From the NCBI GenBank assembly GCA_045637525.1, contig JAZTZP010000150.1:64151-128150 (forward strand): a stretch of 64,000 bases of DNA, given 5' to 3'. How positions within the stretch are numbered: the first letter of the stretch is position 1; the number at the start of each line of letters is the position of its first letter. The position numbers and the translations under genes are program-made. Source of the stretch: Clostridia bacterium (GTDB taxonomy: Bacteria; Bacillota; Clostridia; UBA1381). Below are positions 30,362-40,409 of this stretch, in pieces. The notes beneath the pieces are model-generated. The model did no database searches. It was not told the origin of the DNA and saw only the letters and a program-made list of their open reading frames with translations.

Positions 30362-31306
30362 ATGAAGTACATAATTCATATTTTGAAAAATATCAAACGT
30401 TTTTGTTATAACCACAGTGATAATGAGTTTAAAAAAACAAAGATTGTCAACAATACTGAATTAAATGCGGATAAGACATTTTATATTATACGCAGAACTG
30501 TACAGGCCGGTTTTTTTTCAAATTTTTTATTTATTCTTGGTCATATGATATATGCGGATAAAAAGGGATATATACCTGTTGTTGATATGAAAAATTATAT
30601 CACATTATATAATGAAGAGAATGCTATTAACGGAACCATGAATGCCTGGGAATATTATTATGAGCAAGAGTTTGATTTAGAGGAAGTATATAAAAGCAAG
30701 AATGTGATTTTATCAGATGATTTATATTTGTCACAGTATGTTCCCAGCTACGTCGGCAAATATGCATTTTGCATTGATAAACAATATATAAGCAACATAA
30801 ATAGTTACATTAATAAGTATATTTGCATGAAGCCAAATGTTTATGAGTTTTATTCGCAACTAAGGGAAGAGATGAATAATAGGTGTGTTTTGGGAGTTCA
30901 TATACGGGGTACTGATATGAATGTTTGCCAGGATCATCCCCAACCGTTGGGGGTAGAAACATTTATTGAGAACATTAAGCATTTTATTAAATATAATCAC
31001 GTTGATAAAATATTGCTTTGCACTGATGAGCAATATATAGAAAGTGTAGTAAATGAAGAGTTTGGAGATTTAGTGATTTGTTCTAATTCATATCGTGCCA
31101 AAGAAGGAGCAACAAGCGGTATACATTTGGAAAAAACAATAGAAAATGTAAGAGAAAATCACAAATATATGTTGGGACTTGAAGTGCTAAGGGATATGAT
31201 GGCTTTGTCGGAATGTGATTATTTAATGTGCGGAAAATCAAATGTTCCATTGGTCGCAATGATTTATAATAATAATAATTATAAACAAATCAAACTTATA
31301 GTTTGA
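30362..31306 (+). CDS. putative glycosyltransferase of an uncharacterised family (HxRxxD motif)
   Basis: LGVHIRGTDM, LLCTDEQ and CDYLMCGKSNV echo the motif order of the neighbouring ORF. I cannot assign a family. Confidence 0.35.
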   Translation: MKYIIHILKNIKRFCYNHSDNEFKKTKIVNNTELNADKTFYIIRRTVQAGFFSNFLFILGHMIYADKKGYIPVVDMKNYITLYNEENAINGTMNAWEYYYEQEFDLEEVYKSKNVILSDDLYLSQYVPSYVGKYAFCIDKQYISNINSYINKYICMKPNVYEFYSQLREEMNNRCVLGVHIRGTDMNVCQDHPQPLGVETFIENIKHFIKYNHVDKILLCTDEQYIESVVNEEFGDLVICSNSYRAKEGATSGIHLEKTIENVRENHKYMLGLEVLRDMMALSECDYLMCGKSNVPLVAMIYNNNNYKQIKLIV

Positions 31307-31542
31307 TACTGTGCTATTAACCATTTGAAAATATTAAATGTTTCTGTGGTGAATTTACATGAAGATATTTGTTTTTTACGGTGTAAAACGTTGGATTTAT
31401 AAGTATAGTTACGTATAGTAACAGGATAGATTGTAAGAAATAGTAGTTTGTATGCATAGCAATCTAATATTAAAAAACGTGTAAAACTTAATTTTTTTGA
31501 ATTTTACAATCGGCTAATATGAATTTTTAAGGAGATATTAAT

Positions 31543-32562
31543 GTGGAAGAAGTAGTTGTTTCAGTAATATGTGCGGCTTATAATCATGAAAGGTACATAG
31601 CACAGGCTTTAGATGGTTTTGTTATGCAAAAAACAAACTTTAAATTTGAAGTGTTGATAAACGATGATGCTTCAACAGATGCTACGGCTGAAATTATTAA
31701 ATCATATGAGAAAAAGTATCCAGATGTGATTCGAGCGTTTTATAGCGAAAAAAATGAATATAGTCAAGGTATTAGTCCGACATTAAAGCTCTATGAGAAT
31801 GCGAATGGAAAATACATTGCGCTTTGTGAAGGTGATGATTTTTGGATTAATGAAAATAAACTACAAATTCAGGTTGATTATATGGAATCACATCCGGAAT
31901 GTACAATATGCGGTCATTCTGCGTATAATTGCTACGAAAACGGAGTTATAAAATGTAATTTGTTTAAAAGTTTTGATAAGGACTGTGTTGTTTCGACTGA
32001 AGATGTAATTAGCAGATGGATTTTTCCTACACAATCTATCTTATATCGTGCTTCAGCTCGAGTTCCTTTCATTGTTCCGTTTAAAAAAGATGCACCATGT
32101 GGGGACTACCCCTTAGCTGTCTATTTAGCACTTAAAGGGAGTGCGTTTTATTTTGCCGATGCTATGAGTGTATATAGAAATGGTTCGGTTTCGTCAGTAT
32201 CGAAAAAGTGGAGAAATGATGATTTTAAGACAGTTATATTTTATGAAAAATTCAATCAATTATTAGATCGTATTGATGAATATACTGATGGTGCGTATTC
32301 TGTGTGTATTAAAGACCACAAATTACGTTGTGATTGCTATATAGCAGTTGCTATGCATAAAGTTAAAGAAATTTTATTTGGACAAAAATTCAAATCTATC
32401 TCTTATAAGAAAAAGGGTTATAGTATTGTCACTATAATAATGAAAAAACTTCATATATGGAAGCTAAGCTGCTATGTTTTTGACAGCATTAAATATAAGT
32501 TAGCATTAAAAAACACAAAAAAAATTAAACAAAAAAACATTATTGTGTTAGATAGAGTTTGA
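31543..32562 (+). CDS. family-2 glycosyltransferase
   Basis: VSVICAAYNHERYIAQALDGFVMQKTNFKFEVLINDDASTDATAEII and EGDDFW. GTG start 8 nt after AAGGAG. ATG 31541 is out of frame and hits a stop. Confidence 0.8.
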   Translation: MEEVVVSVICAAYNHERYIAQALDGFVMQKTNFKFEVLINDDASTDATAEIIKSYEKKYPDVIRAFYSEKNEYSQGISPTLKLYENANGKYIALCEGDDFWINENKLQIQVDYMESHPECTICGHSAYNCYENGVIKCNLFKSFDKDCVVSTEDVISRWIFPTQSILYRASARVPFIVPFKKDAPCGDYPLAVYLALKGSAFYFADAMSVYRNGSVSSVSKKWRNDDFKTVIFYEKFNQLLDRIDEYTDGAYSVCIKDHKLRCDCYIAVAMHKVKEILFGQKFKSISYKKKGYSIVTIIMKKLHIWKLSCYVFDSIKYKLALKNTKKIKQKNIIVLDRV

Positions 32563-32610
32563 AAATTGTTAAGTATTTTTATCTATAGTATGCAGTGAAA
32601 GGTGAAAGTA

Positions 32611-34056
32611 ATGAATGATACGAATTTAAAACGTAATGTTTTATCAGGTCTCGTTTGGCAATTTTGCGAAAAGTTTGTTGTTCAGTTTGTTTTGTTTGCA
32701 GTTCAGATTGTTTTGGCAAGGTTGCTTCTACCTGAGGATTTTGGAATAATAGGAATTATTTCCGTATTTAATATGTTGGCTCAGGTATTTGTTCAAAGTG
32801 GATTTGGAACTGCATTAATACAAAAAAAGTCAATTGATGATGTGGATTGTTCATCTATTTTCTATGTAAGTATGTTAATTTCAGCTTTGTTATATGCGTT
32901 GATATTTTTTGGTTCTCCATTTGTTGCAAAGTTTTATGAGTGTAAAGAACTATCATCGTATATGAGAGTGCAGTTTCTTGGATTGTTTGCAAGTCCAATA
33001 ATAAACATTCAAACGGCGTTGTTACAGAAAAAATTGGATTTTAAAACAAGCTTTATCAGGAATTTTATAGCAAATTTAGCTTCAGCTGTTGTTGGTATAT
33101 CAATGGCTATAACCGGGTTCGGAGTATGGTCGCTCGTATTTTCGAATTTAACAACCAATATTGTAAGTGCAATTGTATTAACTATGACGGTACGTTGGCT
33201 TCCTAAATTAACTTTTTCAATGTCGAAGGTTAAAGAACTGTTTTCTTATGGAAGCAAATTGCTTTTATCAAGTTTACTTGATACTTTATATAACAATATG
33301 TATTCTTTGGTTATAGGTAAATTTTTTGACACAAGTGTACTTGGATATTATAACAAAGGTAAAAATTTTCCTAGTTTAGCAGTAAATACTATCAATGGGA
33401 CAATACAAACGGTAATTTTTCCGGCTTTATCAAAATGTCAAGATGATAAAGTCAAATTAAAAAATCTAATGCGTCGTTCAATTGTAACATCAACGTTTTG
33501 TGTATTTCCTGCTATGTTTGGGTTAGCTGCTGTTGCAAAACCTTTAGTTTTGATATTGCTTACTGAGAAGTGGTTGCCGTCAGTTTTTTTCTTACAGGTG
33601 TGTTGTTTTACATATATGCTTTGGCCTATTCATACAGCTAATTTACAGGCTATAAATGCAATAGGCAGAAGTGATGTTTTTTTAAAACTTGAAGTTATTA
33701 AAAAGGTTGTAGGTGTTATAACGTTGATATTAACAATACCGTTCGGTGTACATGTTATGGTAATCGCCAGAGCATTTACCGGTATTTTTAGTACTTTTAT
33801 AAATGCATTCCCAAATAAGAAATTACTAAATTATAGTTTTTTTGAGCAGATGAAAGACATATTGCCATCGTTTGTGTTATCACTGGTAATGTTTGGATGT
33901 ATATATATAATTTCGTTTTTAAACATTAATGTATATTTAATGATAGTAGTACAAATAGTTGTTGGAAGTTTTATTTACATCTTTGGCGCTAAATTGATGC
34001 ATTTTGAATGTCTTGATTACATTATACAAATAATTAAAGGCTATATTAAAAGATAA
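32611..34056 (+). CDS. wzx: Wzx-type oligosaccharide flippase (MOP superfamily)
   Basis: About 12-14 TM helices. The N-terminus is GLVWQFCEKFVVQFVLFAVQIVLARLLLPEDFGIIG, followed by GFGTALIQKK. Confidence 0.8.
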   Translation: MNDTNLKRNVLSGLVWQFCEKFVVQFVLFAVQIVLARLLLPEDFGIIGIISVFNMLAQVFVQSGFGTALIQKKSIDDVDCSSIFYVSMLISALLYALIFFGSPFVAKFYECKELSSYMRVQFLGLFASPIINIQTALLQKKLDFKTSFIRNFIANLASAVVGISMAITGFGVWSLVFSNLTTNIVSAIVLTMTVRWLPKLTFSMSKVKELFSYGSKLLLSSLLDTLYNNMYSLVIGKFFDTSVLGYYNKGKNFPSLAVNTINGTIQTVIFPALSKCQDDKVKLKNLMRRSIVTSTFCVFPAMFGLAAVAKPLVLILLTEKWLPSVFFLQVCCFTYMLWPIHTANLQAINAIGRSDVFLKLEVIKKVVGVITLILTIPFGVHVMVIARAFTGIFSTFINAFPNKKLLNYSFFEQMKDILPSFVLSLVMFGCIYIISFLNINVYLMIVVQIVVGSFIYIFGAKLMHFECLDYIIQIIKGYIKR

Positions 34057-34057
34057 T

Positions 34058-34402
34058 TTGAGAAATATCATTTTGAAGAAGAAGTTAGCAATGCGCGCCG
34101 GAGAAACTGATATTGCTGAGTTGGTGCAAAATGAGCTGATTTATAGCCAATTTGAACGATTGTCTGGATTAACTGGTCATATTGCCAATATGGATTGTGA
34201 TATTTTCTTGATTGATAATGTCCCTTATATTCTGGAAATGAATGCACGTTTTGGAGGAGGGTATCCATTTAGTTATATGGGAGGATGCGATTTGCCGAGT
34301 GCTATTGTTGAATGGTGCAAAGGTAATAATGTACCTGATGAAATGTTATCAGTAAAGTATGGTAGCGTTGGATATAAGGAGTTATTTATCACGGAAGTTT
34401 GA
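34058..34402 (+). pseudogene. 5'-truncated ATP-grasp gene remnant (C-terminal ~100 residues only)
   Basis: CDIFLIDNVPYILEMNARFGGGYPFS is the C-terminal Mg/ATP motif of an ATP-grasp fold. Compare EFSARTGGG in the intact paralog downstream. There is no pre-ATP-grasp or central domain, the ORF has only a TTG start, and it begins 2 nt after the wzx stop. Confidence 0.55.
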
Positions 34403-34442
34403 TACTTAATATATAATAAAATTACAAAACGGAGGTAATTGG

Positions 34443-35678
34443 ATGAAAGCTTTGGTTTTAGCTGGTGGTTTTCCACAAATTGCATTAATTAAAGAATTGA
34501 AGTCAAGGGGTATAAGAGTGCTTTTGGCAGATTATAATGAGAAACCTGTTGCGTTTGAATATGCTGATGAGTTTTACAGAGTATCAACGTTAGATGTTCC
34601 TGCAATTACAGAACTTGCACGAAAACAAGGTGTTGATTTTTTGATTACAGCATTTACGGATCAGGCGTTATTAACTGTAGCACAAGTATCCGAGATTTTA
34701 GAATTACCATGTTATATTGATTATAAAACTGCATTGAATGTTACAAATAAATCATATATGAAAGATGTTTTTAAAAAACATGATATATCTACAGCGAAGT
34801 ATATCGTTATGGAAAATTTAGATTTAGCGTCGATATCGGATTTAAAATATCCCATTATAGTAAAACCTGTTGATTGTAACAGCTCAAAAGGAGTTAAGAA
34901 GGTTTATGATGAGGATGAGTTGAAATTAGCGTTTGATGAAGCAGTATGCCTTAGCAGAACAAAAACAGCTATTGAGGAAGAATTTATTGAAGGAATGGAA
35001 ATAACAGTTGATGTTCAGATTGAAAATGGTAAGGCTCATGTATTGTCGAAGGCGTATAGTGATAAGATTGCAGATGATGACAAATTTGTCATTTTCAGAA
35101 CACGTTTTCCGGTAAGTGAAAATAAAAGAGTACATAATCAAATCGAGGAAACTGCCCAGAAAATTGCAGATGCTTTTGGACTGAAAAATTCTATGATGCT
35201 CATACAGATGATTTCAGATGGTGAGAATGCGTATGTATTGGAATTTAGTGCCAGAACTGGTGGTGGAGTGAAATACGATCTTATAAAAAGAGTTTCCGGT
35301 TTTGATGTTGTAAATGCAGTTATAGATCTAACATTACAAAAAAATCCGAAAGTTGAAATTAAATCACCCGTTGCTAAATACATATCAAATACTTTTATTT
35401 ACTGTAATCCCGGAATTTTTGATCATTTGGAAGGCTTTGAGGATTTAAAAAATGATAATATTATTGAAGACTATTATCTGTTTAAATGGCAAGGTGCTGA
35501 AATGGGTGGTGCTACAAACAGCGGAGATCGAATTGCAGGATTTACCATACAAGCTGATATAAAGGATGAAATTGAAGACAAATATAATTCGGTAATAAAG
35601 AAAATTAAAGTTATTGATAGTTATGGCAATGATATTTTGCGGAATGATTTGTTGACACCGTTGGAATATGAAGAATAG
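34443..35678 (+). CDS. ATP-grasp family ligase (carboxylate-amine ligase candidate)
   Basis: Rossmann-like pre-domain MKALVLAGGFPQIALIKELKSRGIRVLLAD. The ATP-grasp core is YPIIVKPVDCNSSKGVKKV and YVLEFSARTGGG. Confidence 0.75.
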   Translation: MKALVLAGGFPQIALIKELKSRGIRVLLADYNEKPVAFEYADEFYRVSTLDVPAITELARKQGVDFLITAFTDQALLTVAQVSEILELPCYIDYKTALNVTNKSYMKDVFKKHDISTAKYIVMENLDLASISDLKYPIIVKPVDCNSSKGVKKVYDEDELKLAFDEAVCLSRTKTAIEEEFIEGMEITVDVQIENGKAHVLSKAYSDKIADDDKFVIFRTRFPVSENKRVHNQIEETAQKIADAFGLKNSMMLIQMISDGENAYVLEFSARTGGGVKYDLIKRVSGFDVVNAVIDLTLQKNPKVEIKSPVAKYISNTFIYCNPGIFDHLEGFEDLKNDNIIEDYYLFKWQGAEMGGATNSGDRIAGFTIQADIKDEIEDKYNSVIKKIKVIDSYGNDILRNDLLTPLEYEE

Positions 35679-35697
35679 AATTTAGGAGGTAGTTTTT

Positions 35698-37056
35698 ATG
35701 CCAATAGCACTTACATATTTAGTGATAATGCTTTTAGTTATTTGTATTTGGTTCATTGCTCTTAAAAGACCTGTTTATGAGGCTATATTTATTAGTTTTG
35801 TAGTATTAGTGGCTGTAAGTAATTCTTTGGGAAGTATTTTTGAATACATTCATGAAGGTTTATCTACATCATTAATTTATTCAATGGTTGCTTTTGTAGC
35901 AATGTCACAGTTGTTGACAAAAACAAAAATTATAGATAGTTGTATAGGTATTATTTTATCATTGCTTGGTCGCGTAACTGGTGGTGCAGGATATGTTTCG
36001 GTCGTGGCAAGCAGTTTTATGGGAGCTCTTTCGGGCAGCGGTCCGGGAAATGTAATGTCAACAGGAGTAATTACAATACCGGCAATGAAGAAAAGTGGTT
36101 TTCCGCCGGAATTAGCCGCAAACGTTGAAAGTACAGCAAGTTATTTAGGAAATATGATACCACCATCATCGAATATTGTTGCAGCACTTGGTGCCTTTAT
36201 GGCATTATATCCGGATGAAAATATTTCAACGGGTAAATTTTGGATTGTGCTTTGGGGGATTGCGTTATGGTTTATTTTGCAGAGAATTTTAACTGTTTTC
36301 ACTTTCTGTAAGTACTACAAAGTAAAACCTACGAGTAAAGATGAGTTGCCGAACTTTAAAGAAACTTTAAAGCAGGGGTGGTATGGATTATTGCTTCCTA
36401 TAATTATTCTTGTTCCGTTTATATTAGATTCTCTTCTAAAAGATAATTTTATTACGAGCAGATTGGGTGATGTTGGAGCAAAATATTTTTCAGGCTCTTT
36501 GTTAATATTTATTGCCGGAATCGCAGCTATATACACTGTTTTTATGGCGAAAGATAAATCTGAGATAACATTTTCTAAAATGGCACAGGTGTTTTCAAAT
36601 GGAATAAAAAGTCTTTCACCTGCTATAGCTACTTGCATATTCGGATATATGATAGGATCGTTATTTGCAGATCAAAATGTTTCTGAAAGCTTGGAAATGT
36701 TTATATTATCGCTTAAATTTGGAAAATTAGGATTAGTGTTGTTTATTCCACTATTAACCTGTTTCCTTGGTATGATTATCCCGGGATCTTCATTAGTAGT
36801 TATGTTTGGACCGGTATTTATTACAGCATTTGCAGCTGTAGGAGTTAATCCTTTGCTTGCTGCAGCGATGCTTCCATGTATTTGTGGTACGATGTGTGGG
36901 ATTACACCGCCATTAGCATTAGGAATGTATGCCGGTATGTCTATTGCAGAATCGGATTTTACAAAGACGGTAAAAAATGATTTATGGTGGGTGGCTTTGC
37001 ATTATATTATGGAAGTCATTGTATTAATGGGCTGGTTGCCGATTATCGGACTGTAA
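35698..37056 (+). CDS. TRAP-transporter large permease (DctM)-like membrane protein
   Basis: GGAGYVSVVASSFMGALSGSGPGNVMSTGVITIPAMKKSGFPPELAANVESTASYLGNMIPPS closely parallels the conserved DctM segment (GG..hV.VVAS..F..ISGS......LG...IPAMKK.GY). About 12 TM helices. Confidence 0.7.
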   Translation: MPIALTYLVIMLLVICIWFIALKRPVYEAIFISFVVLVAVSNSLGSIFEYIHEGLSTSLIYSMVAFVAMSQLLTKTKIIDSCIGIILSLLGRVTGGAGYVSVVASSFMGALSGSGPGNVMSTGVITIPAMKKSGFPPELAANVESTASYLGNMIPPSSNIVAALGAFMALYPDENISTGKFWIVLWGIALWFILQRILTVFTFCKYYKVKPTSKDELPNFKETLKQGWYGLLLPIIILVPFILDSLLKDNFITSRLGDVGAKYFSGSLLIFIAGIAAIYTVFMAKDKSEITFSKMAQVFSNGIKSLSPAIATCIFGYMIGSLFADQNVSESLEMFILSLKFGKLGLVLFIPLLTCFLGMIIPGSSLVVMFGPVFITAFAAVGVNPLLAAAMLPCICGTMCGITPPLALGMYAGMSIAESDFTKTVKNDLWWVALHYIMEVIVLMGWLPIIGL

Positions 37057-37074
37057 GAAAGGAGACTGGTTTTT

Positions 37075-37353
37075 ATGAAAGAACTTCTTAAAAAAATTGG
37101 GATGTTTCTGAAATTGATTTATGGGTATGGAATAATGATATGTTTGTTTGCAGGTGGATTCACATTTTTTGGGTATTTGGCAGCATTTTTTATCGGAGGT
37201 GAGGTTGCTACGCAAATATGTGTTGTGATATATAAAAGTATCATTCCGGTAATTGTTTATATATCAAGTGTTTTGGTTGTGTTAGGATTATTATCAATGT
37301 ATTTATGTGGTGAAATGGCGCTTTCTATAAAAGATAGTAATAAGAATAAATAA
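37075..37353 (+). CDS. small membrane protein (92 aa, 2-3 TM), possibly a divergent DctQ-like partner
   Basis: Hydrophobic ORF 18 nt after the DctM-like gene, with GGAGACTGG upstream. It shows no recognisable similarity to DctQ, and the gene order is reversed from the usual QM. Confidence 0.45.
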   Translation: MKELLKKIGMFLKLIYGYGIMICLFAGGFTFFGYLAAFFIGGEVATQICVVIYKSIIPVIVYISSVLVVLGLLSMYLCGEMALSIKDSNKNK

Positions 37354-37392
37354 TGTAATTAGTATGACCTAAGTGCTTGAAAGGAGCTTTTT

Positions 37393-38484
37393 ATGATTAA
37401 TGTAACACGTTCATCAATGCCGGAATTTGATGAATATATTGAGGAAATAAGAGGATTATGGGATAGCCGTTGGCTTACAAATATGGGCGTTAAGCATAAT
37501 GAATTGCAGGACAAGCTATGCGATTATTTGTCAGTTGATAATGTGTCGCTCTTCACTAATGGGCATCTTGCATTGGAAAGTGCAATATCTGCACTGGGAT
37601 TATCAGGCGAAGTTATAACAACTCCTTTTACGTTTGCGTCAACAACACAGGCGATAGTTCGTTGTGGGTTGACTCCGGTTTTTTGCGATATTAATGCAAG
37701 TGATTATACCATAGACTGTGATAAGATTGAAGAGCTTATCACAGAAAAGACTTCGGCAATTGTCTCTGTTCACGTTTACGGAAGTGTTTGTGATGTAAAA
37801 CGAATTGATGAGATAGCAAAAAAGTATAATCTTAAGGTTATATATGATGCCGCACACGTATTTGGAGTAAGAGTGGGAGAAAAGGGAATAGGATCGTTTG
37901 GAAATGCATCTATGTTCAGTTTTCATGCGACTAAAGTGTTTAATACAATTGAGGGCGGATGTGTTACATATCAAGATGAAACTCTTACAAAAAGACTTCA
38001 AATATTAAAGAATTTCGGAATGCAGGATGAAGAAAACTATCCCGAAATCTCCGGAAACTCAAAAATGAACGAGTTTCAGGCGGCCATGGGGATATGCAAT
38101 TTAAGACATGTTTATGAAGAAATCAAGAAGAGAAAAGCAGCAGTTTTAAGATATATAGAGCGTTTGAGTGATATTAAAGGTATAACGCCATGGCATGAAC
38201 AAGAGGGTGTAAAACACAATTATGCATATTTTCCGGTATTATTTGATAAGGCTGTTTTTGGAAAAAACAGGGATGAGGTTGCAGATGTTCTGAAGAAAGA
38301 GAATATATTTGCAAGAAAATATTTTTATCCGTTAACAAGCAGTTTTGAATGCTATAAAGGAAGATTTGAAATACAACAGACACCGGTAGCGGAAAAAATT
38401 GCAAAGAATGTTCTTACATTACCGCTCTATGCAGATTTATCAATACATGATGTTGACAGGATTTGTGATATAGTTTTAAATTAG
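37393..38484 (+). CDS. DegT/DnrJ/EryC1/StrS-family PLP-dependent sugar aminotransferase
   Basis: SSMPEFDEY..., TPFTFASTTQAI and the PLP lysine context SFHATKVFNTIEGG. Size 363 aa. Confidence 0.85.
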   Translation: MINVTRSSMPEFDEYIEEIRGLWDSRWLTNMGVKHNELQDKLCDYLSVDNVSLFTNGHLALESAISALGLSGEVITTPFTFASTTQAIVRCGLTPVFCDINASDYTIDCDKIEELITEKTSAIVSVHVYGSVCDVKRIDEIAKKYNLKVIYDAAHVFGVRVGEKGIGSFGNASMFSFHATKVFNTIEGGCVTYQDETLTKRLQILKNFGMQDEENYPEISGNSKMNEFQAAMGICNLRHVYEEIKKRKAAVLRYIERLSDIKGITPWHEQEGVKHNYAYFPVLFDKAVFGKNRDEVADVLKKENIFARKYFYPLTSSFECYKGRFEIQQTPVAEKIAKNVLTLPLYADLSIHDVDRICDIVLN

Positions 38485-38504
38485 TATATAAGGGGAGAGA
38501 ATAA

Positions 38505-39380
38505 ATGAAAGGAATAGTATTAGCAGGAGGAAAAGGAACACGTCTTTATCCTATGACTAAAGTAACATCAAAGCAATTATTGCCGATTTATGATAAGCCT
38601 ATGATATATTATCCTATATCTACGCTGTTTTTAGCGGGAATAAAAGAAATTTTGATTATATCAACACCCGAAGACACACCTGTGTATAAAAAGCTTTTAG
38701 GTGACGGTTCGCAGTGGGGTGTTACTTTTGAATATAAGGTTCAGCCCGAACCAAAGGGATTGGCTCAGGCGTTTATTCTTGGTGAAGAATTTATAGGTGA
38801 TGACAGCGTATGTCTTATTTTAGGTGATAATATTTTCTATGGAAAAGACTTTACGAGGACTTTAAATTGTGCTCAGCAGGAAATGAACGGAGCAGTAATA
38901 TTTGGTTATCCGGTGAAAAATCCTACTGCATTCGGAGTTGTTGAATTTGATAAGGATAATAATGTCATATCAATCGAGGAGAAGCCACAATATCCAAAGT
39001 CTGATTATGCTGTTCCGGGATTATATTTTTATGACAATAGTGTTGTTGAAATTGCAAAGAATGTTAAACCATCGGCACGTGGTGAAGTTGAAATAACATC
39101 TGTAAATAATGAATATCTAAGAAGAGGAACATTAAAAGTTCAGCTTATGCAGAGAGGCATGGCATGGCTTGATACCGGTACGCCGGATGGAATGCTGAGA
39201 GCCAGCGAATTTGTTCAGACTGTTCAGGAGATGCAAGGTTTTTATATATCTTGCCTTGAGGAAATAGCATGGAGACGCGGATTTATTAATACAGAACAAC
39301 TTATTAAGATAGGAAACGAGCTTAAAATGACAGATTACGGACAATATTTATTGTCGTTGCCTGAGGAGGAAAATAAATGA
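38505..39380 (+). CDS. rfbA: glucose-1-phosphate thymidylyltransferase
   Basis: [49 protein letters not shown] and [10 protein letters not shown]. Confidence 0.95.
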   Translation: MKGIVLAGGKGTRLYPMTKVTSKQLLPIYDKPMIYYPISTLFLAGIKEILIISTPEDTPVYKKLLGDGSQWGVTFEYKVQPEPKGLAQAFILGEEFIGDDSVCLILGDNIFYGKDFTRTLNCAQQEMNGAVIFGYPVKNPTAFGVVEFDKDNNVISIEEKPQYPKSDYAVPGLYFYDNSVVEIAKNVKPSARGEVEITSVNNEYLRRGTLKVQLMQRGMAWLDTGTPDGMLRASEFVQTVQEMQGFYISCLEEIAWRRGFINTEQLIKIGNELKMTDYGQYLLSLPEEENK

Positions 39381-40396
39381 AGATACTAATAACCGGAGGT
39401 GCCGGATTTATCGGTAGTAATTTTGTGTATTATATGCTTGATAAGCATCCGGACTATGATTATGTTTGCCTTGATGCACTAACATATGCCGGCAATCTTA
39501 AGACATTGAAAAGTGCGCTGGAATTGCCTAATTTTAAGTTTATAAAAGGCGATATCGCTGATAGAGATACTGTATTTAATCTTTTTAAAGAGGAAAAATT
39601 TGATGTTGTTGTAAACTTTGCGGCAGAAAGTCATGTAGACCGTTCGATAACGGATCCGGGAATATTTTTAAGAACAAATATATTGGGAACGCAAACTTTA
39701 ATGGATGCATGCCGTGAATATGGGATAACAAGATACCATCAGGTTTCTACTGATGAAGTTTACGGCGACCTGCCGCTTGATAAACCTGAACTGTTCTTTA
39801 CCGAAGAAACTCCGATACATACTTCGAGTCCTTATTCAGCAAGTAAAGCAAGTGCTGATTTATTGGTTCTTGCTTATTACAGAACATATGGATTGCCTGT
39901 ATCTATTTCGAGATGTTCAAATAACTACGGTCCGTATCATTTTCCGGAAAAGCTTATACCGTTAATGATTGCAAATGCCTTAAACGATAAACCGCTTCCG
40001 GTTTACGGTGAAGGGAAAAATGTTCGTGACTGGTTATATGTTGAGGATCATTGTTCTGCTATTGATTTAATAATTCATAACGGCAGAGTAGGCGAGGTAT
40101 ATAACATAGGCGGACATAATGAAAAAGCAAATATAGATGTTGTAAAGATAATTATAAATCAGCTTGGCAAGAGTGAGGAGCTAATAACTTATGTAAAAGA
40201 CCGTGCGGGACATGATTTGCGATATGCAATAGATCCGACAAAAATACATAACGAGCTTGGCTGGTTGCCTGAAACAAAGTTTGAAGACGGTATTAAACTT
40301 ACAATAGAATGGTATTTAGCAAATAAATCCTGGTGGGAAGATATAATAAGCGGCGAATATCAGAATTATTATAAACAAATGTATGAAAACAGATGA
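39377..40396 (+). CDS. rfbB: dTDP-glucose 4,6-dehydratase
   Basis: [23 protein letters not shown], the [11 protein letters not shown] catalytic YxxxK and DHCSAID. Confidence 0.95.
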   Translation: MKILITGGAGFIGSNFVYYMLDKHPDYDYVCLDALTYAGNLKTLKSALELPNFKFIKGDIADRDTVFNLFKEEKFDVVVNFAAESHVDRSITDPGIFLRTNILGTQTLMDACREYGITRYHQVSTDEVYGDLPLDKPELFFTEETPIHTSSPYSASKASADLLVLAYYRTYGLPVSISRCSNNYGPYHFPEKLIPLMIANALNDKPLPVYGEGKNVRDWLYVEDHCSAIDLIIHNGRVGEVYNIGGHNEKANIDVVKIIINQLGKSEELITYVKDRAGHDLRYAIDPTKIHNELGWLPETKFEDGIKLTIEWYLANKSWWEDIISGEYQNYYKQMYENR

Positions 40397-40409
40397 AGGG
40401 AGTGTTTTG

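Noticed and set aside
31307-31542. Short ORF MKIFVFYGVKRWIYKYSYV in the 236-nt gap inside the glycan locus as a possible gene remnant
   Set aside because: It has only 19 codons, no SD and no recognisable similarity. It cannot be distinguished from chance in AT-rich DNA. The gap itself is noted under the locus-mosaicism finding.
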